Assembly: GCA_964637135.1 (NCBI GenBank)
Contig: CAZWTX010000002.1
Location: 62,001-126,000 of the forward strand
Origin: an uncultured Methanospirillum sp.
GTDB taxonomy: Archaea; Halobacteriota; Methanomicrobia; Methanomicrobiales; Methanospirillaceae
Length of the DNA: 64,000 bases
Reading direction: 5' to 3'
Part shown: positions 10,877-21,834 of the stretch, in pieces
How the letters are laid out: each line of letters starts with the position of its first letter
Position numbering within the stretch: position 1 is the first letter of the stretch
Made by a program: the position numbers and the translations under genes
The notes under the pieces: generated by a model
Databases searched by the model: none
Told to the model about the DNA's origin: nothing
The model's input: the letters and a program-made list of their open reading frames with translations, nothing else

Positions 10877-11610
10877 TTGAAGTCCAGGATCTGACGAAAG
10901 AGTATTCGTCCGGGTTTATTTCGCAGGATATCCAAAAAGCGGTTGATGGTGTATCTTTCAGGATTTACCCCGGCGAGACGCTCGGTCTTATCGGGGAGTG
11001 TGGAAGCGGAAAGACAACAATCGGAAGGCTGATTCTCAGGTTAATAGAACCGACATCAGGCCGTATCTTCTTTGACGAAACCGAGATCACCCACCTGACC
11101 CGCAGACAGATGAAACCATTCCGGCAACGGATGCAGCCCATCTTTCAGGATCCAGAGAGTTCCTTAAATCCAAGAATGAAGGTCCGGGAGAGTATCGCAG
11201 AACCCTACCGGTTATGGACCGATCTCTCATCATCTGCCATTGCAGAGAAAATCAACGGACTTATCGAGATTGTCGGACTTAATCCCGAACTCTTAAACCG
11301 CTACCCGTATCAGATGAGCGGGGGTCAGAACCAGCGGGTGGTCCTGGCACGGATCCTTGCCCTTGAACCTGAGTTTCTCGTCGCCGATGAACCGACCGGG
11401 TCGCTTGATGTCTCGGTTCAGGCGCAGATGCTTGATATCCTGATGAGATGGAAGGAGAAACATTCCCTCACGATCCTGTTCATCTCTCATGACATCGATC
11501 TCATTCAGGCATTCAGCAACCGGGCGATTGAACTTGAATCGGGAAGAATTGTCCGGGAACACTCCAGTATGTACAGCCAGTTGACACCGGGTAATCCAGT
11601 AATGACCTGA
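10861..11610 (+). CDS. Nickel/peptide ABC importer ATPase (DppF/NikE-like)
   Basis: GECGSGKTT, FQDPESSLNPR, YPYQMSGGQNQR, VADEPT. Confidence 0.92.
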   Translation: MPLPLIEVQDLTKEYSSGFISQDIQKAVDGVSFRIYPGETLGLIGECGSGKTTIGRLILRLIEPTSGRIFFDETEITHLTRRQMKPFRQRMQPIFQDPESSLNPRMKVRESIAEPYRLWTDLSSSAIAEKINGLIEIVGLNPELLNRYPYQMSGGQNQRVVLARILALEPEFLVADEPTGSLDVSVQAQMLDILMRWKEKHSLTILFISHDIDLIQAFSNRAIELESGRIVREHSSMYSQLTPGNPVMT

Positions 11611-11734
11611 TCGGGAAGCCTTTTTTTCGAGTTTGAGATGCTGTTTGAACAATTTATAATATGATTAATTTTTTTTCATCATGTTGTGTGAATTAAATGA
11701 GTATTATTAATACCAAATCTGTAGAATTTCTACT

Positions 11735-12499
11735 ATGTCTCATGGCACCTATGATCTGAAAGAAGCTCTTCGGATCGAATGGGATGGTTCTTCCGGCGGG
11801 TATGATGCCCAGCATTCACATGGTATTCAGACGCAGGAAGAACGGCAGGCATGGATCGATCTCTTCAGATCCATCACCCCTGCAGGTTCCCTGGACATAC
11901 TTGATGTCGGATGCGGGACCGGGGAGATCAGTATGGTTCTTGGGGAAATGGGTCACCGGGTAACCGGGATCGATCTCTCTAAAGGGATGCTCGACAAAGC
12001 CAGGAAAAAAGCGGGCCTGACTGATTACCGGGTTGGTTTTTTCACCGGGGATGCAGAAGCCCTGACGTTTGCTGATAACTCCTTTGACCTCGTGGTCAAC
12101 CGTCATCTCCTCTGGACGCTTCCAAGTCCTGATGCTGCTCTTAAAGAATGGAGCCGGGTTCTTCGGCCGGGAGGAAGCGTTGCCATCATCGACGGCCTGT
12201 GGAGAGATGATTCCTTCTCTGAAAAATGCCGCAGGTTTACAGGAAATCTTGGGGTCCTGCTTACTGAGCGCAAAAATCAGTTTGGAGAGTATTACTCCCC
12301 GGAGATGATCCATGCCCTTCCCCATCCGTACGGGATGACGGCGGATGTTGCTCTTGGTTATGTGAAAGATGCCGGATTTGTATCCCCGGGCATTCATCCC
12401 ATGACCACAATCATGGCAATTCAACAGAAACACATGCCCCTTTCCCGCCGGATATCATTTCATAAAACGTATTTTCTGATTACCGGAAGGAAACCGTAG
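11735..12499 (+). CDS. Class I SAM-dependent methyltransferase
   Basis: ILDVGCGTG, SFDLVVNRHLLWTLP, EWSRVLRPGG. Confidence 0.92.
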   Translation: MSHGTYDLKEALRIEWDGSSGGYDAQHSHGIQTQEERQAWIDLFRSITPAGSLDILDVGCGTGEISMVLGEMGHRVTGIDLSKGMLDKARKKAGLTDYRVGFFTGDAEALTFADNSFDLVVNRHLLWTLPSPDAALKEWSRVLRPGGSVAIIDGLWRDDSFSEKCRRFTGNLGVLLTERKNQFGEYYSPEMIHALPHPYGMTADVALGYVKDAGFVSPGIHPMTTIMAIQQKHMPLSRRISFHKTYFLITGRKP

Positions 12500-12525
12500 G
12501 TTACGAACAAAAAGGAAACACAGAT

Positions 12526-14127
12526 ATGAACAGCAATAGGATGAAATTCTTTATTTCCCTGGCTATCATACTCCTGATCTTCGGAGCGACCGGAACAGTC
12601 AGTGCTGCTGGCGGAAAGACACTCGCAATTGCCATTGGAACAGAACCGAGCGATCTCAATCCGATCACCAGCTCGGGACACGGGGATTATTTTGACCTCA
12701 TTAAGACCTACAGCGGTCTTATCAAGTCAGATGACAATCTCGAAACAGCACCTGACCTGGCAACATCATGGGAACAGCCTGATGAAGGAACCTTTATTTT
12801 CCATCTTCGTGACGGGGTGAAATGGCATGACGGAGAACCATTCACATCTGATGATGTCAAGTTCACGTATGACCTGATACGAAACGGAAATTATGTCTCG
12901 CTCTTCCCCCTCTCATCAGATTACTACGATGTCACAAGCATCGAGACCCCTGATAAGAACACGGTAAAATTTACGGTAAAAAACCCAATCGCACCATTCT
13001 TCGAGAGATTTGCCCTTCCGATCCTTCCAAAGCATCTTCTTGAGGGGCAGGATCTGACTACCTCGGATTACTGGCAGCATCCGGTCGGGACCGGCCCGTA
13101 TGTCTTTGATCACTGGAACAAGGGTGAAGAACTCGTGTTCACTGCGAACAAGAACTACTATGACGGAGTCCCAAAGATTGAAACCCTCAAGTTTATCATG
13201 GTGCCTGACGAGAGTGCCCGGATAAACCTCCTCAAGACCGGCGAAGTTCAGGCGATCAAAGTCGGACCAAAGAATGTTGCTTCGCTCAAGAATGAACCGG
13301 GAATACAGGTTATCTCCCATCCATCGGCGAACTGGTACTCGATTAACATGCCGTATGTCCTGCCCCAGTTCAAGGACAAGGCAGTTCACCAGGCCATTGC
13401 TCTTGCCATCGACCGGAAAGGTATTCTCGACACGATCTTTGCCGGTCAGGGCCTGATCGCCTACGGTCCGTTCAGCCCGGAGAACTGGGTATACAACTCT
13501 GCCATTGAGTATACCCAGGATCCGGAAAAGGCAAAGAAGATCCTTGACGATGCCGGGTGGAAAGTTGGAGCAGACGGAGTGCGGGAAAAAGATGGTGTAA
13601 AGCTCGAGTTCGACCTCCTCTATGTCGCCTCGAACCCGGAACGGAAAGACATTGCCATCGCGGTTGCTTCAGACCTTGATAAGATCGGGATCAAGGCAAA
13701 CCCGGTCGCAAAAGCCAACTGGGACGAGATGACGTACCAGTTGTTCCGGACAAACGCCGTGGTCATGGCCCAGGGATCCCCGTTCGATCCCGATGATTCG
13801 AATTACCGGCTGTACCATTCCAAGTATGTCACTTCTGACCGGTGGGACAACCCGATGCAGTACGTAAATCCCGAGGTAGACAAACTCCTCGACGAGGGCC
13901 GGACCACCTGGGACAGGAACGAGAGAAAAGGCATCTACCAGCAGTTCCAGAAGATTATCACCGATGACCAGCCGGCCGCTCCGATCATCTTCGGGAATTA
14001 TGTGTATGCCGTCAATGACAAGGTCACCGGAACGGTTCCCCGGAACGGTCCGCATGGCGGAGGGAACACCGGATCTATCATGGGCGATCTCTGGTGGAAT
14101 GTCGAGAAATGGGATCTTGCCGGGTGA
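12526..14127 (+). CDS. Family 5 (NikA/DppA/OppA-like) substrate-binding protein
   Basis: Signal peptide; PDLATSWE, FHLRDGVKWHDGEPFTSDDVKFT, PVGTGPY. Confidence 0.93.
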   Translation: MNSNRMKFFISLAIILLIFGATGTVSAAGGKTLAIAIGTEPSDLNPITSSGHGDYFDLIKTYSGLIKSDDNLETAPDLATSWEQPDEGTFIFHLRDGVKWHDGEPFTSDDVKFTYDLIRNGNYVSLFPLSSDYYDVTSIETPDKNTVKFTVKNPIAPFFERFALPILPKHLLEGQDLTTSDYWQHPVGTGPYVFDHWNKGEELVFTANKNYYDGVPKIETLKFIMVPDESARINLLKTGEVQAIKVGPKNVASLKNEPGIQVISHPSANWYSINMPYVLPQFKDKAVHQAIALAIDRKGILDTIFAGQGLIAYGPFSPENWVYNSAIEYTQDPEKAKKILDDAGWKVGADGVREKDGVKLEFDLLYVASNPERKDIAIAVASDLDKIGIKANPVAKANWDEMTYQLFRTNAVVMAQGSPFDPDDSNYRLYHSKYVTSDRWDNPMQYVNPEVDKLLDEGRTTWDRNERKGIYQQFQKIITDDQPAAPIIFGNYVYAVNDKVTGTVPRNGPHGGGNTGSIMGDLWWNVEKWDLAG

Positions 14128-14133
14128 TCTCTG

Positions 14134-15120
14134 GTGGATCACAGTCTCCTCCGGTATACCGGCCGGAGAGTCCTTCAGATTCCACCACTCCTGGTCGGAA
14201 TCACGATCCTCTCTTTTTTCATCTTCTATCTCTCTCCGATTGATCCGGTCATTGCCTATCTCGGACTTCCCACGGTCCAGAAGATGCCGGTCGAAGATGT
14301 AGAAAAGATCAAAGAACAACTCGGCCTGAACCAGCCGATCTATATCAGGTATGGCATCTGGCTCTCCCAGATCTCGACCGGCGATCTCGGATTTTCTCAT
14401 ATCCAGCACAGGCCGGTACTTCAGGTGATATTGGAGAAATTTCCGGCAACACTCCTTCTAACGATTCCTGCGTACGGGATGGCAATGATCCTCGCGGTCT
14501 TCTTCTCCCTTGCTGCTGCGGCACGTGAGGGATCCCGGTTTGATCGTTCCATGACCGGCATCAGTTATATCATGTATGCAACTCCTTCCTTCCTTGTTGC
14601 CCTCCTTCTGATGCTTGTCTTTGCGGTCTGGCTGGGCTGGCTTCCGGCATCGCGAATGGCTTCGGTGACCGAACCCGGAACGCTTCTTGGCGTGATCGTG
14701 GACCATATCAGGCATCTCATTCTCCCGGCAACCGCCCTCGCGGTTAGTCATTTCGCGGTGTTTTACGGTTTTCTCCGGTCCAGCCTCTCGGAATCGATGA
14801 GAGAGGATTACATCACCACGGCCCGGGCGAAAGGTCTTGATGAACGAACGATCCTGAACCGGCATGCATTCCGAAATTCGCTTCTTCCATTCATTACCCA
14901 GATCGGTCTTGCGATCCCCTACTTTATCGCCGGAAGCGTGGTCATCGAGACGATCTTTGCCTGGCCAGGGATCGGACGGCTCACCTTTGAGGCAGCAATC
15001 CGTTCTGATTACATGCTGCTCATGGGGCTGACCTTCTTTACGAGTCTCATCGTCATCCTGGGAAACCTGCTTGCAGACATCGCCTATGCAATCGTTGATC
15101 CGAGAGTCAGATATGAGTGA
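14134..15120 (+). CDS. Nickel/peptide ABC permease (DppB/NikB-like)
   Basis: EAA loop DYITTARAKGL, IETIFAWPGIG, ADIAYAIVDPRVR. Confidence 0.92.
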   Translation: MDHSLLRYTGRRVLQIPPLLVGITILSFFIFYLSPIDPVIAYLGLPTVQKMPVEDVEKIKEQLGLNQPIYIRYGIWLSQISTGDLGFSHIQHRPVLQVILEKFPATLLLTIPAYGMAMILAVFFSLAAAAREGSRFDRSMTGISYIMYATPSFLVALLLMLVFAVWLGWLPASRMASVTEPGTLLGVIVDHIRHLILPATALAVSHFAVFYGFLRSSLSESMREDYITTARAKGLDERTILNRHAFRNSLLPFITQIGLAIPYFIAGSVVIETIFAWPGIGRLTFEAAIRSDYMLLMGLTFFTSLIVILGNLLADIAYAIVDPRVRYE

Positions 15121-15958
15121 AAATATCAAATTTCTGGGAGGTTTTTATCCGAAATCACCGGGATTGATACTTCTCTGTTGTATCTGTCTCATCGCAGTAT
15201 TTGCCCCGGTGATGACACCCCATGATCCGGTGAAGGCAGATCTCTCCGAATCTGAGCAGCCCCCGTCAATCAACCACTTTTTCGGAACCGATACGCTGGG
15301 ACGCGATGTGTTTACCCGGACTCTGTATGGAACCCGAATCTCGCTTCTCGTCGGGATCTGTGCTGCGATTGTCGCCGTTGGCCTGGGTGCCTGTATCGGG
15401 ATCTCGGCCGGGTATTTCGGAAGAATCGTCGATAGCATCCTGATGCGGATCGTCGATACTATCTACTCACCGCCCGAGACGATCCTGATCATCGTCCTCG
15501 TGATGATGTTTCCACGAAGTGTTATGAGTATTATTGTTGTAATCGGGCTGACGCACTGGATGAGCACGGCTCGGATGATCAGAAGCGATACGCTCTCCCT
15601 CCGGGAACGACCGTTTGTCGAGGCTGCAGTTGCCCTCGGTGCCGGAGATCCGTACATTCTTCGCCGGCATATCTTTCCGAATCTTCTGCATGTGATTATC
15701 ATCTCGGTCACCCTGATGACCGCTCATGCGATCCTCACCGAATCGTTTCTCAGTTTTCTCGGGCTCGGAATTCCTCCCCATATCGCAAGTTGGGGTAACA
15801 TGCTCAATGAGGCTCAGCGGGATATCATGCGGGGCATCTGGTGGACCACGCTGTTTCCGGGGATCATGATTGTACTGACCGTCCTTTCCATATACCTTGT
15901 CGGCGACGAACTCAAGGAGTGGCTGGTGCCAAAGCGTGAGATGAGAAGCGAGATGTAA
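15113..15958 (+). CDS. Nickel/peptide ABC permease (DppC/NikC-like)
   Basis: HFFGTDTLGRDV, FVEAAVALGA, ESFLSFLGLG. Start taken at ATG 15113. Confidence 0.92.
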   Translation: MSENIKFLGGFYPKSPGLILLCCICLIAVFAPVMTPHDPVKADLSESEQPPSINHFFGTDTLGRDVFTRTLYGTRISLLVGICAAIVAVGLGACIGISAGYFGRIVDSILMRIVDTIYSPPETILIIVLVMMFPRSVMSIIVVIGLTHWMSTARMIRSDTLSLRERPFVEAAVALGAGDPYILRRHIFPNLLHVIIISVTLMTAHAILTESFLSFLGLGIPPHIASWGNMLNEAQRDIMRGIWWTTLFPGIMIVLTVLSIYLVGDELKEWLVPKREMRSEM

Positions 15959-16134
15959 GGAAAAAACTTATTAAAGGATATTGATTTTCATCCGAAGAAA
16001 AAAAAAACCGGGAAAACCATCGGACATGAGGTCCCTCCAATAAGGATCTGCCAGTGAGGAGACTGTTATCTCCGGGAGGGTTCGTCAAGTTAATATATAT
16101 CGGTCTATTATCGGGGCATCCTCACGAAGAAACC

Positions 16135-17337
16135 TTATTTTTCATCATTTTCCAAAATTCCATTTTTCATTCCCTCCGGGTACCGGATAAATAACGCCAG
16201 AATCGGGCAAAGGATTGTCGGAATAACGAGAAGGAACATGGCATCGGGAAGCGAACCCATTTGATCAGCAGCCCACCCAATGAGGGCCGTTCCAATCCCA
16301 CCGACACCCATGCAGAGCCCGAGCGTGAGACCGGAGGCAAACCCGACACTTCCGGGAAGAAGTTCCTGGGTCATGGTCACCGAGGTGACATAGCAGAAAC
16401 AGGCAAAGAACGAGTACATGAATATCCCGAGGTACATCAGCCACCCCGTGGTGAGGAAGATCATACAGAAGAACGGAACCGCACAGGCAAATCCGAATAC
16501 CAGGGTATTCTTTCGGCCAAACCGGTCACAGAGGTACCCCCCGGCGATCTGACCGCCGACCCCGACAAAGAGCATCACCGTGACGATCAGGGAGGTGGTC
16601 ATGGTATCCATGCCATGCTGGCCGAGTATCAGGAGCGCCGGCAGGTAGGTGATAATACCGACATACCCCCAGGCACGGAGTGAACAGAGCGTGACCACGA
16701 TTCCAGCCGGAACCCACCAGTATTTCTTCCTCTCCACGTTCGGTTCGGGATTTCTTCGGGTGAACGTCAGTTCATCGGTATTCCGGTATTTTTTTCCGAT
16801 GTAATAGATCCAGGCCGCACCGAGAATGCCGGGTATCACCAGCCAGGCAATGCTGGAAAGACCGTAAAAGGTGATCAGGACACCGGCGATGAACGGCCCG
16901 ATCGAATAACTGATACTGCCACTCGTGGTGAAGAGTGAGTTGTAGACACCCCTTTTATACGGGGGACTGGACCGGAACACCATGTCCATGGCGGCAGGAT
17001 GGAACAGGGCACTTCCAATAGCTGCAATCGAGACGAATATGAGCATCAGGTAATAATTCCCGGTCAGAACAACCAGGGAGATCCCCAGGCATGAACAGAG
17101 GACACAAAGCGGGATACTCGCTTTCCACCCGGTCCGATCACTATACAATCCGGCAACCGGCTGGATCATCGAAGACGTCACGTTGAACACTGACACGATG
17201 ATTCCTGCCAGGAAGAAAGATAGGCCGAGATCAGTAATAAGAACGGGAAGAATGATGGGGAGGATGGGAGTATACAAATCCACGAGGAAATGCCCCCCTA
17301 TCGACGCACTTAACTTTTGTCTGATATCTGTATCCAT
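16135..17337 (-). CDS. MFS transporter (Fsr-like)
   Basis: About 12 TM; GHFLVDLY, QPVAGLYSDR, ALFHPAA and GGYLCDRFGRK motifs. Confidence 0.88.
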   Translation of the reverse strand: MDTDIRQKLSASIGGHFLVDLYTPILPIILPVLITDLGLSFFLAGIIVSVFNVTSSMIQPVAGLYSDRTGWKASIPLCVLCSCLGISLVVLTGNYYLMLIFVSIAAIGSALFHPAAMDMVFRSSPPYKRGVYNSLFTTSGSISYSIGPFIAGVLITFYGLSSIAWLVIPGILGAAWIYYIGKKYRNTDELTFTRRNPEPNVERKKYWWVPAGIVVTLCSLRAWGYVGIITYLPALLILGQHGMDTMTTSLIVTVMLFVGVGGQIAGGYLCDRFGRKNTLVFGFACAVPFFCMIFLTTGWLMYLGIFMYSFFACFCYVTSVTMTQELLPGSVGFASGLTLGLCMGVGGIGTALIGWAADQMGSLPDAMFLLVIPTILCPILALFIRYPEGMKNGILENDEK

Positions 17338-17446
17338 GAAAAAACCAGCTTGGTCAGGTGATCAGAAATTCTGGAGAAATGATTAGATTTTCATGCTTAT
17401 TAGAACTGATATCAGCAGGGAGAGGAATTTCTGGGAAAAGACATCC

Positions 17447-19177
17447 CTAGATCTCCTGTGCCGCAATAAGCGATGCATACACACCATTCAATGGGAGTAA
17501 TTCCTCATGTCGTCCGGATTCGACGATCTGTCCTTCCCGGAGGACAAGTATCCGGTCGGCATGGATGATCGTGGAAAGCCGGTGGGCGATGATAAGTACG
17601 GTCCGGCCGGAGCTGAGTTCTTTCAGGGCTTCCCGGATCTCAAGTTCGGTACAGGTATCAAGCGCCGAGGTCGCTTCGTCAAGGATCAGGATCGGAGCAT
17701 TCTTGAGTACTGCCCGTGCGATCGCGATCCGCTGGCGTTCCCCGCCGGAGAGCCGGACACCACGCTCCCCGACAAGCGTCTCATATCCCCTTGGCAGAGA
17801 GGAGACAAACCCATGAATCCGTGCGATTTTGGCAGCGGTTTCTACTTCCTCATCGGTTGCATCTGCACGGCCAAGCCGGATATTCTCCCGGATTGAGGTG
17901 TTGAGGAGGAAGATATCCTGGGTCACCATCGCCACGGTATCACGGAGCCGGGAGAGGGGAAGGGTCCGGATATCATGACCTCCGATCCTGATACTGCCCG
18001 ATTCAGGATCCCAGAATCGCATGATCAGGTGGGATATTGTCGTCTTCCCTGCTCCGGTCATACCGACAATTGCCACCGTCTTCCCAACCGGAACGGTAAA
18101 CGAGACGTTTTCCAGCACCAGGGGTTCGGCAGGTCCGTACCGGAAGGAGACATCATCAACCGATATTTCCGGAGCGATGGTAGCCGGATTCTCAGGAGAC
18201 GACGGTTCCTGCACCGTCGGGATAAGATCCATCAGGTCATACAGACGTTTTGCCCCAGCAAAGGTGAGGCTGAACTGTTTCGAGATCTCCACGATGTTTG
18301 CCATCGAACTGAATCCGGCAGAGACGAAGAGAACGACGATCGGAAGCCGCAGGGGATCGATAGCCCCGGTCGCGGCGAAAAGTGACGAGACGGCCAGCAT
18401 CAGGATGACCCCCCCTGACAGGATCAGGATAAATGCTGCAGTGATGGTTCCGTTCTTGTGAACATAGACCCCGTACTCATCCTGGTACTGATTGTTCAGG
18501 TCCATGACCTGGTCGAACCGGGATTTTGATCGGGAGAAGGCAAGAATCTCCCGGATACCCTGAACACTGTCTATCAGGAAGGCATTGATCTCTCCGAGCA
18601 GTTCACGGAGTTTCTCGCCCTGTTCCTCGTTAAGAGAGAGGGCCAGCCGGGGGAGGAAGGCTATCAGGAGGGAGAGCAGGGCATATCCTCCGGCAATTAC
18701 GGGGTGAATGGTGAGGAGAGAGATAAAGACAAGGATCGGGATGACGATCGCGGTCACGAGCGGGGCGATGGTGTGGGCAAAGAAGAGTTCCAGCGTCTCA
18801 ACATTATTTCCCGCTACCGAAACGATATCCCCGGTCCGCCGCTGCATCAGGGCTGCCGGAGCAAGCGGTTCGATGGTCCGGTAAAACTGGTCACGAAGAT
18901 CGGCAAGTAACCGGTATGCACCGACATGGCAGAGATATGGACTGAGATAGCCGAAAATTCCCCGGCATACGGCGAGTACAAGAATGAACAGTCCGATCGG
19001 TATCAACTGATCAGCCGGCTCGCCTGTCCGTGCCATACGGAGGAGATCCACTCCGAGGAGGCCGATCCCGAGGGTTACCACGTACTTGAAGATCTCGGCA
19101 AGAACCCCGACGGATAATATCGGAACCTGGGGACGAAGCACTGAAAAAAGCCGAATCCAGGCACGGTCACCGTTCAT
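17447..19177 (-). CDS. Fused TMD-NBD ABC half-transporter (CydC/YbtQ/IrtB-like)
   Basis: N-terminal TMs; GMTGAGKTT, LSGGERQR, ILILDEATS. Coupled to the upstream half-transporter. Confidence 0.88.
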   Translation of the reverse strand: MNGDRAWIRLFSVLRPQVPILSVGVLAEIFKYVVTLGIGLLGVDLLRMARTGEPADQLIPIGLFILVLAVCRGIFGYLSPYLCHVGAYRLLADLRDQFYRTIEPLAPAALMQRRTGDIVSVAGNNVETLELFFAHTIAPLVTAIVIPILVFISLLTIHPVIAGGYALLSLLIAFLPRLALSLNEEQGEKLRELLGEINAFLIDSVQGIREILAFSRSKSRFDQVMDLNNQYQDEYGVYVHKNGTITAAFILILSGGVILMLAVSSLFAATGAIDPLRLPIVVLFVSAGFSSMANIVEISKQFSLTFAGAKRLYDLMDLIPTVQEPSSPENPATIAPEISVDDVSFRYGPAEPLVLENVSFTVPVGKTVAIVGMTGAGKTTISHLIMRFWDPESGSIRIGGHDIRTLPLSRLRDTVAMVTQDIFLLNTSIRENIRLGRADATDEEVETAAKIARIHGFVSSLPRGYETLVGERGVRLSGGERQRIAIARAVLKNAPILILDEATSALDTCTELEIREALKELSSGRTVLIIAHRLSTIIHADRILVLREGQIVESGRHEELLPLNGVYASLIAAQEI

Positions 19178-21009
19178 ATAATCCCTCCGGACGATCCGGT
19201 ATATCCGACTCCGCCAGCCAGGGCCTGTGCCCTGACGAGGGAGGCATATCTTCCATTTTCTGCCATCAGTTCGTCGTGGGTTCCTGACTCGACGATCGAG
19301 CCCTCTTCCATTACGAGGATCCGGGTTGCATCCCGGATCGTCGAGAGCCGGTGGGCGATGACAAGGACCGTTCGTCCGGTGAGGAGCTTTTTCAGAGCGA
19401 TTCGGATGTGTTTTTCACTCTCGGCATCGACACTCGCGGTTGGTTCGTCAAGGATTAGGATCGGGGCATTCTTGAGTACTGCCCGTGCGATCGCTATCCG
19501 CTGGCGTTCTCCCCCGGAGAGTCGGAGACCCCGCTCCCCGGCCATGGTATCAAGTCCGTCAGGGAGCGATTCGATGAATGCATCCAGCCGGGAGATCTCA
19601 AGGGCAGTCCGGATCTCTTCCTCTGATGCATCCGGGGATCCAAAGAGGAGATTATTCCGGATGGTATCGTAGAAGAGGTACGTATCCTGGGATACGAGCG
19701 AGAGCTGTTGCCTCAGCAGGTCAAGCGGGATATCACGGATGGGATACCCGCTGACCAGGATGGTCCCGCTGTCAGGATCGTAGTACCGGAAGAGAAGATC
19801 GACGACCGTGCTCTTTCCAACCCCTGAAGCCCCGACCAGGGCAACCATCTCTCCTTCCCCGACGGAAAACGAACAGTTTTTGAGGACCAGACGATCCTTC
19901 TCGTACGAGAAGGATACATCCGTGAACCGGAGGGACCGGATGAGCGGCAGGTTGATCTGTGCCGGTCTTTCCGGATCGGCGATAGAGGGAACCGTTCCGA
20001 TCAGTGACAGAAGGGCGTTTATGGTGCTCTTTGCATTCACACTGTTGTGATAATACTGGCCGAGATGGATGACATGCTCATAAAAGATCGGACCGAGAAG
20101 CAGAACGAGCATCACCTGTCCGGTGCCAAGTTCTCCGGCACTCATCCGGATACAGACATACAGCATTGCCGCTCCGTACCCGAGATATGGGACCATATCA
20201 GCAGCGAAACTGACCAGCAGTCCGACACGGAGCCGCTGGATCCAGGTCTCGCTGAGCCGGTCTGCCCTGATCCGGATCTCGTCGGCCCGGGCACCATGCT
20301 GGTTGAAAAGTTTCAGGGTCGGCAGCCCCTGCAGGCTCTCTGAGTAATATGCACTCAGGCTCTTGTACTCCCGCCAGACATCCCCTCTTCCAGGCCCTCT
20401 CTTCCGGTTTGAGATCATGATCATGATCGGCACGAGGGGAACAAACGCAAGGAGAATGATCGCAGTCACCGGATCGACGAGGACGGCAAATCCGATGAAG
20501 AGGGCTGCCGGAATAATCATGCAGAGGAGGATATACGGGATGTAGTATGCCACGTACTGCTCGAGCTGTTCGGTACCGTCAACAAAAGTTGCGGCAAGTG
20601 AACCAGAGTCGTTCCGGTCGGTGTAGCCAGGACCGAGCCGGAGGATATGTTCGTACATCCTGGACCGAATCGCCCGTTTCATCACTCCGGCGGTCGCATG
20701 GGCAGATCGTTCCCTGAATACCTCTGTCCCGATCCGAAGGGCAAGCATGGCCACCATCCCGAGAACAGCCGGCATCATGGCTTCAGGAGTTTTCCCGTCA
20801 ATAAGTCCTGATACGAAGGAACTGACACAGAAGAGGAGCAGGATAGATGCCGCCGAACTGATGAGGGCGGCAGAGAACGTCCGGGCCACGTTTCTCCCAA
20901 GGCCAGGTATCAGTCTAATCAGCCGAAGATCGATACAGAGCGAGATAATCCGGTGCAGGAATGAACCCGTCTCTCCGGATTGATCTTCCGGTGCTTCTGC
21001 ATGTGCCAT
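19174..21009 (-). CDS. Fused TMD-NBD ABC half-transporter (CydD/YbtP-like)
   Basis: HILRLGPGY..SGSLA..VDGTEQLEQY; GASGVGKST, LSGGERQR, LDEPTA. Confidence 0.88.
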   Translation of the reverse strand: MAHAEAPEDQSGETGSFLHRIISLCIDLRLIRLIPGLGRNVARTFSAALISSAASILLLFCVSSFVSGLIDGKTPEAMMPAVLGMVAMLALRIGTEVFRERSAHATAGVMKRAIRSRMYEHILRLGPGYTDRNDSGSLAATFVDGTEQLEQYVAYYIPYILLCMIIPAALFIGFAVLVDPVTAIILLAFVPLVPIMIMISNRKRGPGRGDVWREYKSLSAYYSESLQGLPTLKLFNQHGARADEIRIRADRLSETWIQRLRVGLLVSFAADMVPYLGYGAAMLYVCIRMSAGELGTGQVMLVLLLGPIFYEHVIHLGQYYHNSVNAKSTINALLSLIGTVPSIADPERPAQINLPLIRSLRFTDVSFSYEKDRLVLKNCSFSVGEGEMVALVGASGVGKSTVVDLLFRYYDPDSGTILVSGYPIRDIPLDLLRQQLSLVSQDTYLFYDTIRNNLLFGSPDASEEEIRTALEISRLDAFIESLPDGLDTMAGERGLRLSGGERQRIAIARAVLKNAPILILDEPTASVDAESEKHIRIALKKLLTGRTVLVIAHRLSTIRDATRILVMEEGSIVESGTHDELMAENGRYASLVRAQALAGGVGYTGSSGGII

Positions 21010-21834
21010 TCAGGCAGGGATCTCCTTCAATCCTTCGACGGCCTGCACCGGTGTGAATGTCTCCGTCTTCACCGGGCTGACCGGAACCACGTGCGGTTTT
21101 CCAAGCACCGTTATCACCACGGCGGTAACGCCATAGACCTCCTCGATCATCTCCGGCGTATAGAGTTCATCTGCCTTCCCGGCCGAGAATATCCGTCCGT
21201 CCCGGAGCATCACCATCGAATCGGTGTACCGGGCGCCGAGGTTCAGATCATGCAGGGCAATGATCGCCGACATCTGCCGCTCCTTCACGAGATTGTTCAC
21301 GATCTCGAGCACCTCGAGCTGATGCCTGATATCGAGAGCCGAGGTTGGTTCATCAAGGAGGAGGACCTCCGGCTCCTGGCATATCGCCCGTGCCAGAAGG
21401 ACCATCTGTTTCTGCCCGCCGGAAAGGCTGGCAAAATCCCGCATCGCCATATCGCCTATCCCGAGCCGATCCAGGGTATCGGCTACCTTGTCGATATCCT
21501 CGTCACGAATCCGCCAGGCGGAATGCGGCCGTCGTCCCATCAGCACCGTCTCAAAGACGGTCGAATCCATCGCACTGGTCCCCTGCTGGGGAACTAGTCC
21601 GATCGTCTTTGCCCGTTCGACCTGGTCCATCTTCAGGATCTCCTTGCCGTCAAGGAGAATAGAACCTTTCGGCTTGAGGATGGCATCGATACACTTGATG
21701 AGTGTGCTCTTTCCTGACCCGTTCGGCCCGATGAGTCCGGTCATCTCTCCCGGACCGATACAGAAGGTTACATCATGCAGGATGTCTGCTCCGGGATAAC
21801 TGAAGCAGACGCGGTTAAGATCAACATTTACCAT
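21010..21834 (-). CDS. Iron-chelate/cobalamin ABC ATPase (FecE/BtuD-like)
   Basis: GPNGSGKST, LSGGQKQ, LLDEPTSALD.RHQLE, LHDLNL. Confidence 0.93.
   Translation of the reverse strand: MVNVDLNRVCFSYPGADILHDVTFCIGPGEMTGLIGPNGSGKSTLIKCIDAILKPKGSILLDGKEILKMDQVERAKTIGLVPQQGTSAMDSTVFETVLMGRRPHSAWRIRDEDIDKVADTLDRLGIGDMAMRDFASLSGGQKQMVLLARAICQEPEVLLLDEPTSALDIRHQLEVLEIVNNLVKERQMSAIIALHDLNLGARYTDSMVMLRDGRIFSAGKADELYTPEMIEEVYGVTAVVITVLGKPHVVPVSPVKTETFTPVQAVEGLKEIPA

Noticed and set aside
17447..21009. Calling the ABC pair cydD/cydC
   Set aside because: No cydAB context and embedded in a metal-import operon; orthology cannot be settled without a phylogeny.
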